Origin: Selaginella moellendorffii
Taxonomy: Eukaryota; Plantae; Lycopodiophyta
DNA length: 64,000 nt
Direction of reading: 5' to 3'
Assembly (NCBI RefSeq): GCF_000143415.4
Contig: NW_003314307.1
Location: 568,859-632,858, forward strand
Part shown: positions 25,700 through 38,907 of the stretch, piece by piece
How the letters are laid out: every line of letters begins with the position of its first letter
Numbering within the stretch: the first letter of the stretch is position 1
Translations under genes and position numbers: made by a program
The notes under the pieces: model-generated
Told to the model about the DNA's origin: nothing
The model's input: only the letters and a program-made list of their open reading frames with translations
Database searches by the model: none

Positions 25700-27680
25700 A
25701 ACATAAAATATCATTAACTTAAATGTATCACCTAAAGGAAATAACATCATAATCTATTAAAATTAACTTGATCAACATATAAGGAACCAACTCCCCGAGG
25801 TGTTAAAGGCTAAAGGATCCCCGGAAAGCATAACCAAAATGATAAAAACTTCATTGGATGAAATTGAGTTTGAGATCGAGTCTGAGAGTGACTCTAAGAC
25901 CGAGTTCGAGACCGAGTTCGAGATCAAGTCTGAGACCGAGTCCGAGATCGGGTCCAAGACTGAGTCCAAGATTGAGTCCGAGACCAAATCCAAGATCGAG
26001 TCTGAGACAAAGTCTGAGGTCAGGTCCGAGATTGAGTCCGAGACCGAGTCCGAGGCTGTTGAGATCGAGTCTCATATTGAGTCCAAGACCGAGTCCGAAT
26101 ACTAATATATGTCATGGGGTGAAAGCCCAAGGCATGTGTCTCCCGGGGGGGGGGCTTGCAAGGGCTTCCAAAAGTATAATAAAGATAGGGATAGTGAGGT
26201 CCAAGAATCAGTTTTGAAGGAACTCTCTAATGGTGCTTCCAAACTGATTTGAGGTTGAGATTGGGACTGAAGGGCCTTGGGTGGGAGTGAGCATGGACTC
26301 AAGTGGTGTTGGAGGGGCCACTCGAGGAAATGCTTAAGAGCAGTTCCCACTCCCATAAGGGAAATTGACTGCAGTGCTCCTGGCTCAAAATATCTTGTTT
26401 TCATTGCCTATCTTTCTTTCCACAGCCCCTTTAATGTTGCATGTTGTATTATGTCTTGTTGCGGCTCATTAATCCTTGCCCTTCCTAGAGGCTTGGGCCT
26501 TCCCTTCGGAATGAAAATGGGGGAATAGGGATACCCATACCGGGCCATTAGGCCACGGTGTTTGCCCCTGGTGTCCCGAAGCAAGTGTTGCACCCAAAGC
26601 TTGGGTTCCATGATCAAGTTTTGTTGTACCAAGGGATGTTAAAAATTTGGTGGTTTAATGTACTTGGCTACTTGTGCTTGTGAGGAGTGTGATCGAACCT
26701 TAAGTCCAATCTAACTCGGGGAGGGGGATTGGAAGAGGTTTGGGAATCCATAGATGGATGGCTAACATTCTATTACTTGTGCAATGAGTAGTTGAAACCA
26801 AGTAGGACCAAATAAAAGGTGGTATAATAGGTAGGAACCTTGGCAAGGGAACTTAACTAAGGCCAAGGCAATATTAATTGAATAGATGAGGTAAACTGAT
26901 AAATTGGAAAGGAAAAATTTATGGCTTACACAACAATTAATAGAACAAAATGAATGCAATAAAACTAACAAATACTTATTCATGTTAACTATCACACTAG
27001 CCAATTTGAATAGTCAACAATACAAAAAAACTACAATTGCTTAAACAAATGTTGGCAACATCCTACCAATGTCTCAAACCCAAAAGATTAATCCAAAACA
27101 AACTATAAAGAATATATGGTAATGCGGAAAGCCAGAAGGCATTAAAGAGAATAACTAACTATCATGAAAAATCATTAATCATCCCATCAAAAGAGATATG
27201 TATAATCATCATCGAAGAAATAATCCACCATTTGAAGAACAACAAATTATTCTATATCAACAATAATTAAGCAAAACCTTTAATAAGGATGATCAACTAT
27301 CCTAGATGATAGTCAATTATCACCAATGATTGCTAAATGTAAATATTAATTTTAATATTGAAGCTAATGAGCCAAAAATGCCTTCCCCAACAACTTATAA
27401 CAAATAGAACAATGAGCATAAAACTCATAGAACCAAAACCTCGAAGAAGTTTATAACCATATCTTACTTAACAATGATTATAAGTTTTATATGAACTAAT
27501 TTCAATATTAAAAAAGAAATCACGGTAAAACCCATAATATCCTTTTTAATATATCCAAAAGTTATACTTTATAATGCCAAAGCTAATGAAGAGCATATTT
27601 ACATTAATCCAAAAGTTAAGCACAATAAAGTTATGCTGAAAAAGTAACTACCAAACTAATCCTTTATGAATCCATCTTTT
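25700..27680 (-). mobile_element. Fragment of family-A internal region, interrupted by a solo LTR-C
   Basis: Collinear with ~12140-12940 on both sides of the LTR-C insertion. Confidence 0.8.
25778..26930 (+). mobile_element. Solo LTR, family C (older copy)
   Basis: Homologous to 1214-2361; termini T(A)TAAGG...GGCTTACA; TSD CAACA (25773-25777, 26931-26935). Confidence 0.9.
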
Positions 27681-28983
27681 ATAGCCATGAAATAAGGGAG
27701 TTTCAAAATGTTTGTAGCATTTTATAATTGCTCAACAAAAGTTCAAAATGTTCCACTTCCTTTTCATCTTCTAGGTGTAAAGTCTGTAAATACATTTATA
27801 TATATTATTTATGTTAATTATATTACTATAGCATATAAACTATTTATAATTGGCATTTCCTAAATAGACCCCACGAGATAGAAGACAACAACAGCTCTAG
27901 CTAACTAACTTAATAAACTCATCGTGTTTTTTATTGACTCTCTTGCAGGTTTGTGCCAGCTTGATCAGATGCTTGAACACTATCAAACCTTGGCACTGCT
28001 AGATGGACTGCATAAATTTATAACATTCTAGGACACGGTGATAGAGAAAAAAATCATTAATCACGGACTTGATCTTTGTTTTTGGCCTTTCCTCTGTTAT
28101 TCTTTGCTTCGATTGCTGGGAGGCCATCAATATAGATCTTCTCCGAACATATGATTTCTTGAGCCAGGACCCGAGTTAAGCTCGAAAACAAAGGTACCGT
28201 AAGAAAAATTAAATTCACACGTCCTTTAAATTCAACACAGCATCAAGAGCAAGGGGTCCGATCTTAGGGGCATCGATGAGGATCAAACACGGGGAGAAGT
28301 CCTCTATAGGATGCATTACTGGTGAATGCTCATCTGAACGCACTGGTCTAACATTGAAGTGCAAAGAAGATTTAAATCCCGATAGGGGATAGCTGCAAAA
28401 TTTCAGCAAAATGGTATGTCTCGAAGTGTAAGAAAAATACTTTCTTGATAAGCCCGGAAGAGAAAAGGGCTTCTAAGACTTGAACCGACGAAACCGTTGC
28501 TCTGTCCAGTTGGTCTGGATTCGATAAATCCAACCTTAAGTTCTTCCTCGCCCAGGTAAACATGCTCGGCCCTGCTACCCAATTCCAAATGGGAAATACG
28601 AAACTTCAGACAGACATGTGAAGCCAGCAGCCAGTGAAAGTCCTGGTGTGAAGTTTGTCCGTCCTCCACCGAGGACTCAAGAGAGGCAAAGCTATATTCT
28701 ACGCTTAAAGTTCTGGAAAGAAATAAAGGAAGAAATTTGCCATTGCTTGTTGGCTTTCACGCAGAGTTTCCTGCGCAATGCCCTTCACGACATGAATCCA
28801 ATCACTCTCAGCAGCTAGAAAGTTACATGTTCGTTTCCACAGTCGCAGATATCTCTGCCCTAGCTACAAACCCGTCCATATGAGCGAAGTTCCACTTTGC
28901 CAGCTCAAATCTCTTCCGATGCGTTAGCCTGGCTTTGAAAGAAATCTCAATTGCAAGGAAGCTTCTCTAGCAAAAGCAAAAGC

Positions 28984-31183
28984 TCAAATCCTGGAAGCGC
29001 TGCCGAGGCCGTGGAAAACTTCGATCCTCGGTATACTTTCTGCGCCTGAACGCCTGCGGACAATTGTGGGCAGATCTTCACCGGAATAATTTGCGGCATT
29101 TTTGAAAGCACCGAAGTGGTGTTCATGCTGCACGTAGGCACGAGCAAGCATGCAAATCCAAATGTTGCCAGTGACACCCAGCAGCTCTTGCATCCTGGCC
29201 CAGAGTTGCTGCCTCTCCTCGTCATACTCCACTCCACCAGCCGAGACGACTGCCTCTCTTATGGCATGACGTATCTCATCCGAGCTCGCTCCCAAGTCCC
29301 TCTGCGTGCTTGGAGACTGGACCCACGCCGCAAACGCCTCACAGATTCCTCTGGTGGAGTTGCTAATCGCAACAAAAACCCCTTTCCCACCGCGCGACAC
29401 GCACTGCGCCCCCCACCTGGTATGCAGCAGTGACTCGCCTGTGACGATCCAAGCAAAAAGGATCACGATTGAGCAAAGAGAAAGGCACTCTGCATAGACT
29501 CACAGTCTCGTTTCCACCTCTCACGGTCAACGCTGCCGCCCAAGCAGTCCTCGAGGATCAGCTGCAGCAGCAAACTCGTAAGCGATGGATGGAATCATTG
29601 ACATGATCAGGAAGAGCTTACGTAAGCTATGTAGAGGATCATGTCGGAAATCCCAGGTCTCCATGTGGCCTCGTTGCGGCTGTCATCGTCGAAACGGTGC
29701 CTTCGAAGCGTGTTTTCGGAGCTCGCAGTCCGGAAGAGTCCGTCCCAGGCTGCCTGCTTGATCGCCCCGAATTCTTCTAGAGAGCACGCGGTCAGGCATG
29801 GATCCCACTGCACGTTGGCGCAAATCTCCACGAAAAGGCTACCGTAGTCATTGCCAAAGACGGTGGCAGCCGCGTCGCAAAGCTGGCGGCACTCGTCGCT
29901 GCTTCCCCGGCTCATCGTAGCCTGGATGTGCTCCACAATCGACTCCGATGATGTCGCTGCCGAGCACAGGGATTTGAGCTCGGCGTGGTCGCGGCGTCCC
30001 TTCCTCGTCCGCATCCATGTAGAGATCAGGCGCGCTATCGGCACGCTCACGTCTGCGTACTCCTGGAAGAGCGGCTCCACGCGGTGGAAGTTGTAGTGGC
30101 CTTGGATCCACTGCTCGAGCCGGGCACGCATCTGGTTGTCGCATTGGATTTCTCCCGCTGCCATCACCTCCTGCCACACAGAAGCTTGAATGCTCTCTCG
30201 AATCAAAACGGTGTCAATCATCATACCTCCAACATCTGGCGCAGAGCGACGGTGATGTCCATGGACTTCCACTCTATCCTGGGCGCGTTCTCGATGCAGG
30301 AACGTATCCGTTTGAGCTCGTCCAAGGATGCCGGGGAGGACTTTTCATCCTTCAGCGCTGCTTGTTTGCTCAGGAACAGCAGCAAGAGATTTTCCAGCGG
30401 TCCAGCTCCGCCACCGCCACGGTCACCTGCTATAGCTTGTGCTTCGAATGCGTCGAGCCATTCCAGCGGCTGTTTGTTGCTCTGGAGCTGGAGCAACAGC
30501 CAGGTGAAGACGACGTCGCAAACCTCGCCGCTCGCATCGAACAGGAGAGCGGCATCAGCAACGCAAGTGGGCGAGAGAGTGCAAGGAAACAATATCGACA
30601 CGATGGCTGTGGAAAAGGAACCAAGCTCTCAGCTTGAGAGGAATCCAAAGAAGAAGTACGTATAGCTAGCTACCTGACACATGTTCATCTGTGATGACCA
30701 CTGGGAACGACGATGGCGTCCGATCAGTGGCCTCCTCGAGCTGCAAAAAAGGGAAAACCATAAACTTTGCTACACAATCCAAACAAGCACTCACAAGGTG
30801 GAGGTCGGTCAGGGCGTACGTGCAGCGGCCTTTGCAGCACTCGGGGCGGGGATGAGGATTTCTAGATTGCTCTTGATGTGGGCTATGGCGCGTGAAGTAG
30901 TCGGCAGGTGCAAGAAGGCATCCGGCACGGTAGCGCCAAGGACGCGTGCGACGGCCACGGTCCAGATCTTCCACTTGAGCTCCGAGACAGTGGAAGTGAC
31001 GGTGGAGTTGGGCAGGACTTCAAAGAACCACGCACCCGGGGGATGATCCAGCTCCAGCCCAAAGTGAGAGAACGTTGCCCTCACAACCATCAGCAGTCTG
31101 GAGCCTATGCCGCTGCGGAACCATTCGGCCACGCGATCGCCAACGCATGGCATCCACCCCACCACTGGAATCAGTTCTTCCAT
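28984..31183 (-). pseudogene. Uncharacterised multi-exon coding-like sequence (left-arm copy)
   Basis: GC-rich exon-like ORFs with GT-AG borders and internal stops; no recognisable family. Confidence 0.5.
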
Positions 31184-31749
31184 AGCCCTGGCTTCTGTAG
31201 AGTTTTTCCTTTATTTACCATCTTCGTCTTCCTCGCATAAACGCACAGTCTCAAAGCAAGGAGAACTTACGTAAATGGCTCTAGCACAGGCGCTTCACTT
31301 CGACCGAGATCTCACAGTATAAAACACAAGAGCTTGTCAGGATTTCTATAACCCTCTCTCACCATTTCTCTTACGATCCCCGCGGCTCAGCTCTCCCATA
31401 TCCAACCGCGCTCGGATCTCTGAGCTCCAAGCATTCTACAATAAACTCGTAACAAGAACAGAAAAATAGATCTTTTCAGTACCTGGTTCGCAATGACCGC
31501 CACTTCTCAACACGAAGAAGCTACACCAAACACACTTGAGCACAAGAAGGCTACAAATCTCGTTCTACCGCTTGCTGCTTCTCCTGGAATCGGGTGTGTT
31601 AACCGCCAGTTTCGATGGCGATGATTATGAATTTTCATACAACAAAGAAACAAAACTTGAATAGAAAGTACCAGCATCCATCAGAAGATACTGAAACCTG
31701 CGGAGCGGAAGGTGATACGTAAGCAAAAGAAGACAGAAAGAAGACTCAC

Positions 31750-32573
31750 GGGGCATGGTTCTCCAAGTGTAACATCCCAAAGAGCCACGCTGCCATTTCT
31801 CCACTCGCTGCTAAACCAGAGAGCATAATTTCCTCCTTGGTCTCCAGCACCCACAAAGCTACACACACGAAAAGAGAAGAGTTGGGGGTTCACTCGCTAC
31901 ACACCAAGTGGGAACAAAACCTCTTACCCAGCGCGCTGGCATGCGTTTTCTGCCGCAGGCATTGGCTTTCCACGACTCAAACAGTGTAACGCCTTCGTAG
32001 GCCGGGAGCCTGGGGTGGGGGTGGCTACTGCAAGCGGGGAGCTAACGCAGCGGTCACGGGTCTCCATTGGCATTAACCATGTGTCCCAAACGACTGCTTT
32101 GTTTGCCGTGGGAGATATCTTCCACAGGAACTGTAAGAAACGGAAGCAACCTGGGAAACAAGCCACATGACCTTGGTTTTGGCTGCAATGGAGGAAGAAA
32201 TACCTCTCAACGGGGGCCAAGAGGCACCATAGCTCCGGATATCAAATAAGCCGACTGTTCCATCGCCTGGGCCTGTTGAAAGGAATGCATCAGCAAAGGC
32301 TAGAGATATATCTGAGTTAACTACCTGTCACAACAACTGTTCCTGCTGCATCAGTTATAAACTGTCCAAAAAAAAAAAGAAAACACGAATCAGAAACTCT
32401 CAAGAGTGGAAAACAATGTTGACTACCATGTCATTTGCTGGAAATCTGCAGCACTCAAGGAGAGCATCCACGTCCCAGATCTGAACAATACCCGAGCCAT
32501 TTTGTGACGAGTAACTTCCGCATATCAGTAGGTTATTGTTAAACTCCAGAGCATCCATGGGAGGCAAATCTTC
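31750..32573 (-). pseudogene. WD40-repeat gene fragment (left-arm copy)
   Basis: GIVQIWDVD, DGTVGLFDIR, VASVSYSSCGRYL / KAVVWDT (frameshifted) and GSVALWDV. Confidence 0.65.
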
Positions 32574-33669
32574 CTTGGAAAAAAAAACAAAAACCATTAC
32601 ACTTTCAGCATTTTCTACTCGAATAAAAGTATAGTTAGCTCACGTACCTGTTCCGTGAGATTAATTCTGGTACAAGCGTTTCTCTACAAAAGCAGTTGTC
32701 GATCGCCTTGACCACTACTTGTTGCCACAAGGCCTGCAAACAACCAAAACCAGCCCAGAAAAGCAAGATCCAAGTGCGTCACGAACAGCAAACCTTACAG
32801 GTTTGNNNNNNNNNNNNNNNNNNNNNNNNNNNNNNNNNNNNNNNNNNNNNNNNNNNNNNNNNNNNNNNNNNNNNNNNNNNNNNNNNNNNNNNNNNNNNNN
32901 NNNNNTTTCGTCAGAACCAGGCCCCAGAGTGTAGAGGCACTCAGCAGTTGATGAATTTCATACCTGAATTTGAAAAAAAAAAAAAAGTCAATATATACAA
33001 GACAAAACGTAGTAAGATACGACCTTCACAGTGCTTTCAGCACATGAAACAACTAGAGACCCCTCCTGAAATGGATGCACCAAAACAAAAGAAAGAAAGA
33101 CAAGAAAGGATCACATCCATCGCTAAAGAAGAAAGCGTCAGATTCCAAGAAAACCCCCACATAAGGAGCTCGTTAGGTGCCTGCATTTCACATTAGCGAG
33201 GACCACAGCCTTGATAGAAAACAGCTTACAGCGTTGCAACCGACAATCTGTGAACGCCGAGCTTGAGCGTGCTGGATCCTTTGCAACTTTGCATACTCAT
33301 CTGTTACACTAAACAGGTCAAAAAGGAGAAAAGAAATCGGGCATTAGTCATCCTAAGTACCTGTCGAGGCATGGGTGTCCCGTTCGTCACCGAATCTGAG
33401 GAAGCACTTGCTCTCCGGGACTTGCTTTCACCTCTTTGTAAGCTTGAGACTTGACGTTAGTCCCCCGAGATCCCGCAGCTTCACTTGTAGCTGACAAAGC
33501 CTGCAAGTTTACACAAAAGCTGTCAATACCAAGCCCATAAACAGTGTCACATACAGCTCGTATCTCCTTTTCATGACTTCTTATTGTCCAGAGATGATTG
33601 TCTTCGTCGTCAACGCCAGGATTCCTGAAAGTACAAGGCTATCAACCATTCAACTCAGAAACACGCAAG

Positions 33670-33670
<1 letters not shown>

Positions 33671-33700
<30 letters not shown>
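33671..33700. repeat. (GA)n microsatellite; mirrored as (CT)n at ~37828-37853
   Basis: Direct reading. Confidence 0.9.
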
Positions 33701-33701
<1 letters not shown>

Positions 33702-33927
33702 CACACTCTTCCGAGCACACTCTTCTGGTGTTTCTTCTGAGTAAGAAAGGTTGGCATCTGTTCTACGTTTTCCAGAGTTTTCACTTCTCTCTTCTCGCTG
33801 TGATGCAAACCCAGCCTTGATGAAGCAAAAGAAGAATAAAAATTGGAAATAAAAACTACTCACAGCGAGCTCCTGGCGTTGCTTCTCCTTCTCCTTCTTC
33901 TTCATCACAATATAGTAGAACTTCTGG

Positions 33928-34743
33928 ATGTACTCGGCTGGCAAGACTCAAAACTCCACGCGAGGATTCTGGTTTAACCACTCGGCGATCTCCCACGGGA
34001 GTGTCCTCGTCGAGTGGAGCCCAGACGGCAGCTCCAAATTCGCCAAGGAGATGGCCAAGGTCGGGCCTTTCAAGAATCTCGCCGAGGCGATCGAGATGTC
34101 GCGGCAGATATGGTGGAATCAGGTGGATGTTCCTGGATGGCTGGAAGCTTTTGGAGCTCATCCAAGGATTGGAGCGCTCAGCAGCAAGTCCACAACAGAC
34201 TGGTGTGCCGAGGAGCAAGCTACAGCACTGAGCAGTGCAAATGATCGAGCACTCAAGGATCTAGCCGAGTGGAATTGGCTCTACGAATCAAAATTTGGCT
34301 TCGTGTTCCTTGTCTGTGCAACTGGAAAGAGTAGCTCGGAAATTTTGCAGCTTCTCAAGGGACGAATCACAAATAGACCCTTGGTTGAGCTCCAAGTTGC
34401 TGCAAACGAACAACAAAAGACCACAGAACTACGGTTGTCAAAGCTCGTCTCACAGAACACTGCTCCTGGTGGTGACGAGAACACTTCCAAGTTGAGCCTT
34501 TCGGAGCAGAGACTTGATCATGAAAAACCTCTCGGCTCTCCTCTAAGCCACGAAGAATCTGGTGAAGTTTCGTCATTGGCTCACGTCAAGTATCCTATAT
34601 ACAAAATGGGAGAAGACTTTGAGCTCTATCTGGAGATTTTCGAGTGTGCAGCACACAACAACAAAGTGGCAGGGAGAGAGATTATGCATGGCTCTGGAAG
34701 GGGAAGCACAATGACTTTTTATGGCCCATCGGAGTGGAGTTGA
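33928..34743 (+). pseudogene. TTL: Chimeric ORF: intronless OHCU decarboxylase domain of transthyretin-like protein (34027-34515) fused to gag-like sequence
   Basis: GSSKFAKEM...WWNQVDVPGWLEAFGAHPRIG...EEQATAL...LAEWNWLYESKFGFVFLVCATGKSSSEIL...ELQVAANEQQKTTELRLSKL matches plant TTL. The native N-terminus and HIU hydrolase domain are missing. Confidence 0.85.
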
Positions 34744-35325
34744 AGAGGAATCTTGGTAGGAGGCAATTCAACGTGGCCGCTGCCTCGTCAGCTTGGACAG
34801 CCTGCTGAACATGCCTTCCTCACGATGAGGGATCGCAAATTCAAGAGGGGCGAGTCCGTGCAACAGTACTGGGCAGCATTGATTCGGGCAGCTAGGATGC
34901 TAAACAGTGATGCAGCAACGGCTGAGGGCATGGCAAAGCAGAGGAGACCACTAAGACTACAAGGGGAAACACGTGGAAGCGTCTCCATTTTATCGGGGGG
35001 AAGAACCGCTACAGCTGTAGCGGCCAATAACAAGCCCATATAACAAAGTGAGGCAGAACACGTGGAGGGATGACTCGGCAAGGAGATCTGACGTGGTGGG
35101 GAGGGGTTTGTTACAGAGGATCAAGGGGCGGATCAGCAGGGGACTTCTTGGGATGCAGCAGGGCAGCGATAAAGGACGTGGCGGGAGCTAGGGCTGGAGG
35201 GGGGATTGGCTTGGGAACAGCGTGACGAGCAAGGGCGATCAAGATCTGAGCACAGTAAGGGCTTTGACCTAGTGTGGACTCCAGTAAGCCTCGCCCGGGC
35301 TTACGCCCATTTTAGAACCGCTACA
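34580..35325 (+). mobile_element. Small LTR-retroelement remnant: gag-like fragments, PPT and ~217-bp LTR (35109-35325)
   Basis: Gag-like peptides YPIYKMGEDFELYLEIFECAAHNN and RKFKRGESVQQYWAALIRAARML. Purine tract ggtggggagggg (~35095-35106) is followed by TGTTACA...CCGCTACA, after which host sequence homologous to 32642 resumes. Confidence 0.55.
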
Positions 35326-35471
35326 ACGTACCTGTTCTGTGAGATTAATTCTGGTACACGCGTTTCTCTACAAAAGCAGTTGACCGGGCTTACGCCCATT
35401 TTAGAACCGCTACAACGTACCTGTTCTGTGAGATTAATTCTGGTACACGCGTTTCTCTACAAAAGCAGTTG
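35295..35471. repeat. 89-bp tandem duplication spanning the LTR/host junction
   Basis: ccgggcttacgcccattttagaaccgctacaacgtacctg...aaaagcagttg occurs twice. Confidence 0.9.
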
Positions 35472-35544
35472 TCGATCGCCTTGACCACTACTTGTTGCCA
35501 CAAGGCCTGCAAACAACCAAAACCAGCCCAGAAAAGCAAGCCCG

Positions 35545-36900
35545 TTCTGCGCGGCGGGTGAGCAAGCGCAAGGTGATACGGCTTTCCAGGTGAGCAAGCG
35601 CGAGGTGATACGGCTTTCCACGAGACCGCGGTGCCAGGGCGACGGGTGGGCACGATGTGGCAAACGAATCGGGAGGAAGCGGCCAGCTTCCGCGAGGCGG
35701 CGGTANNNNNNNNNNNNNNNNNNNNNNNNNNNNNNNNNNNNNNNNNNNNNNNNNNNNNNNNNNNNNNNNNNNNNNNNNNNNNNNNNNNNNNNNNNNNNNN
35801 NNNNNNNNNNNNNNNNNNNNNNNNNNNNNNNNNNNNNNNNNNNNNNNNNNNNNNNNNNNNNNNNNNNNNNNNNNNNNNNNNNNNNNNNNNNNNNNNNNNN
35901 NNNNNNNNNNNNNNNNNNNNNNNNNNNNNNNNNNNNNNNNNNNNNNNNNNNNNNNNNNNNNNNNNNNNNNNNNNNNNNNNNNNNNNNNNNNNNNNNNNNN
36001 NNNNNNNNNNNNNNNNNNNNNNNNNNNNNNNNNNNNNNNNNNNNNNNNNNNNNNNNNNNNNNNNNNNNNNNNNNNNNNNNNNNNNNNNNNNNNNNNNNNN
36101 NNNNNNNNNNNNNNNNNNNNNNNNNNNNNNNNNNNNNNNNNNNNNNNNNNNNNNNNNNNNNNNNNNNNNNNNNNNNNNNNNNNNNNNNNNNNNNNNNNNN
36201 NNNNNNNNNNNNNNNNNNNNNNNNNNNNNNNNNNNNNNNNNNNNNNNNNNNNNNNNNNNNNNNNNNNNNNNNNNNNNNNNNNNNNNNNNNNNNNNNNNNN
36301 NNNNNNNNNNNNNNNNNNNNNNNNNNNNNNNNNNNNNNNNNNNNNNNNNNNNNNNNNNNNNNNNNNNNNNNNNNNNNNNNNNNNNNNNNNNNNNNNNNNN
36401 NNNNNNNNNNNNNNNNNNNNNNNNNNNNNNNNNNNNNNNNNNNNNNNNNNNNNNNNNNNNNNNNNNNNNNNNGAGGAAACGGCCAAGTCTTCGCTTTGAC
36501 GATGGCTGTTCATCCCGCCCGCCCATCGCCATGGCACCGCCGCCTCGTGAAGAGTTGGCCGCTTCCTCCCGATTCGTCCCACCCATCGCCGTGGCACCGC
36601 CGCCTCGCGAAAAGCTGGCCGCTTCCTCTCGATTCGTTCGCCACATCGCGCCCACCCGTTGCCCTGGCACTGCCAGTCTCATGGAAAGCCGTCCCGATCA
36701 CTTGCCGCATCGCGCCCAGCCATCGCCATGGGATCACCTCGCGCTTGCTCACCCGCCGCACGCAACACTTGGACAGCTGGAGGAGGCGGAGCTGGTGGCG
36801 CCACTGGAAGTGGCATTGGAGGAGGAGCGGCATTGGAAGAGGAGCGCCAGCTAGTGGTGCCACTGGAAGCGGCATTGGAGGAGGAGCGCCAGCTGGTGGA
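35545..36900. repeat. GC-rich ~60-bp minisatellite flanking the 35706-36472 gap; also at ~46380-46870
   Basis: Unit approximately gcggccagcttccgcgaggcggcggtgccacggcgatgggtgggacgaatcgggaggaa, in opposite orientations on either side of the gap. Confidence 0.8.
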
Positions 36901-38907
36901 AGAGCAGGAACAAGGGAGTTTGCCCTGGGATCGAACACATACTCAACAGTTTTCCTTCTCATTTTGTCCCACACAAAGCCAAGAACCCTAGTTTGTCTAG
37001 CCGTATTAAAGGAGAAAAAAAGGTTATATTCTCATGGATCCGTGAAGAAATGCCGGAGGAGCTGCCATCAGCGCGCGTGCATTCTCGATGTTCTTGCTCA
37101 GATTTCGAATCGTCGGAGCTCGCCACTTCCAGATGGTGTCCCCGGTGACAAGAGAATATGCTTAGGGTTTTGAGGCTATGGCGGAAGAAGAAGCTCCAGC
37201 GATAAGAAGAAGAAGCTCCGGCCGCCGCGGAGGATCCAGCGACAGCACCAGCCGTCGGCGATGAAGCACCAATGCAGGTGGATTGGAGCGCCGCTCACGA
37301 ACCGGCATGTGAGCGCCCATTCGGCAGGTTCGTGAGGCAGGAGGATCTTGAGCGCTCCTCGCGTGGTCGTGTATGCCAATCCCCGGCGATGAGGTGAGTT
37401 TGTTCTTCCTACCAAGATAGGCTTGAAGGAGCTTGCTTACTCCATTGCTTGCAGTCACAGGGCGATAGCCTCGTTTCAAGCAGAAACGATAAGTGGAAGC
37501 CCGTCTGGGCTCCACTCGACGAGGACACTCCCGTGGGAGATCGCCGAGTGGTTAAACCAGAATCCTCGCGTGGAGTTTTGAGTCTTGCCAGCCGAGTACA
37601 TCCAGAAGTTCTACTATATTGTGATGAAGAAGAAGGAGAAGGAGAAGCAACGCCAGGAGCTCGCTGTGAGTAGTTTTTATTTCCAATTTTTATTCTTCTT
37701 TTGCTTCATCAAGGCTGGGTTTGCATCACAGCGAGAAGAAAGAAGTGAAAACTCTGGAAAACGTAGAACAGATGCCAACCTTTCTTACTCAGAAGAAACA
37801 CCAGAAGAGTGTGCTCGGAAGAGTGTGCTCTCTCTCTCTCTCTCTCTCTCTCTCCTCCTTGCGTGTTTCTGAGTTGAATGGTTGATAGCCTTGTACTTTC
37901 AGGAATCCTGGCGTTGACGACGAAGACAATCATCTCTGGACAATAAGAAGTCATGAAAAGGAGATACGAGCTGTATGTGACACTGTTTATGGGCTTGGTA
38001 TTGACAGCTTTTGTGTAAACTTGCAGGCTTTGTCAGCTACAAGTGAAGCTGCGGGATCTCGGGGGACTAACGTCAAGTCTCAAGCTTACAAAGAGGTGAA
38101 AGCAAGTCCCGGAGAGCAAGTGCTTCCTCAGATTCGGTGACGAACGGGACACCCATGCCTCGACAGGTACTTAGGATGACTAATGCCCGATTTCTTTTCT
38201 CCTTTTTGACCTGTTTAGTGTAACAGATGAGTATGCAAAGTTGCAAAGGATCCAGCACGCTCAAGCTCGGCGTTCACAGATTGTCGGTTGCAACGCTGTA
38301 AGCTGTTTTCTATCAAGGCTGTGGTCCTCGCTAATGTGAAATGCAGGCACCTAACGAGCTCCTTATGTGGGGGTTTTCTTGGAATCTGACGCTTTCTTCT
38401 TTAGCGATGGATGTGATCCTTTCTTGTCTTTCTTTCTTTTGTTTTGGTGCATCCATTTCAGGAGGGGTCTCTAGTTGTTTCATGTGCTGAAAGCACTGTG
38501 AAGGTCGTATCTTACTACGTTTTGTCTTGTATATATTGACTTTTTTTTTTTTTTCAAATTCAGGTATGAAATTCATCAACTGCTGAGTGCCTCTACACTC
38601 TGGGGCCTGGTTCTGACGAAAACAACGTGGCTGGTCATAAGAAAGAAAACCTCTGCAATGGCCGCTAATCCGTCTCAAACCTGTAAGGTTTGCTGTTCGT
38701 GACGCACTTGGATCTTGCTTTTCTGGGCTGGTTTTGGTTGTTTGCAGGCCTTGTGGCAACAAGTAGTGGTCAAGGCGATCGACAACTGCTTTTGTAGAGA
38801 AACGCTTGTACCAGAATTAATCTCACGGAACAGGTACGTGAGCTAACTATACTTTTATTCGAGTAGAAAATGCTGAAAGTGTAATGGTTTTTGTTTTTTT
38901 TTCCAAG

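Larger units (their letters stand above)
27683..34028 (-). repeat. Left arm of ~6.3-kb inverted duplication (partner 37501-43900)
   Basis: Mirror-image ORF sets (e.g. 29607-30272 vs 41209-41874) and near base-for-base reverse-complement identity over most of the arm. Confidence 0.95.

Noticed and set aside
35390-37173. Long ORFs of 280-527 aa
   Set aside because: Artefacts of translating through the 767-N gap.
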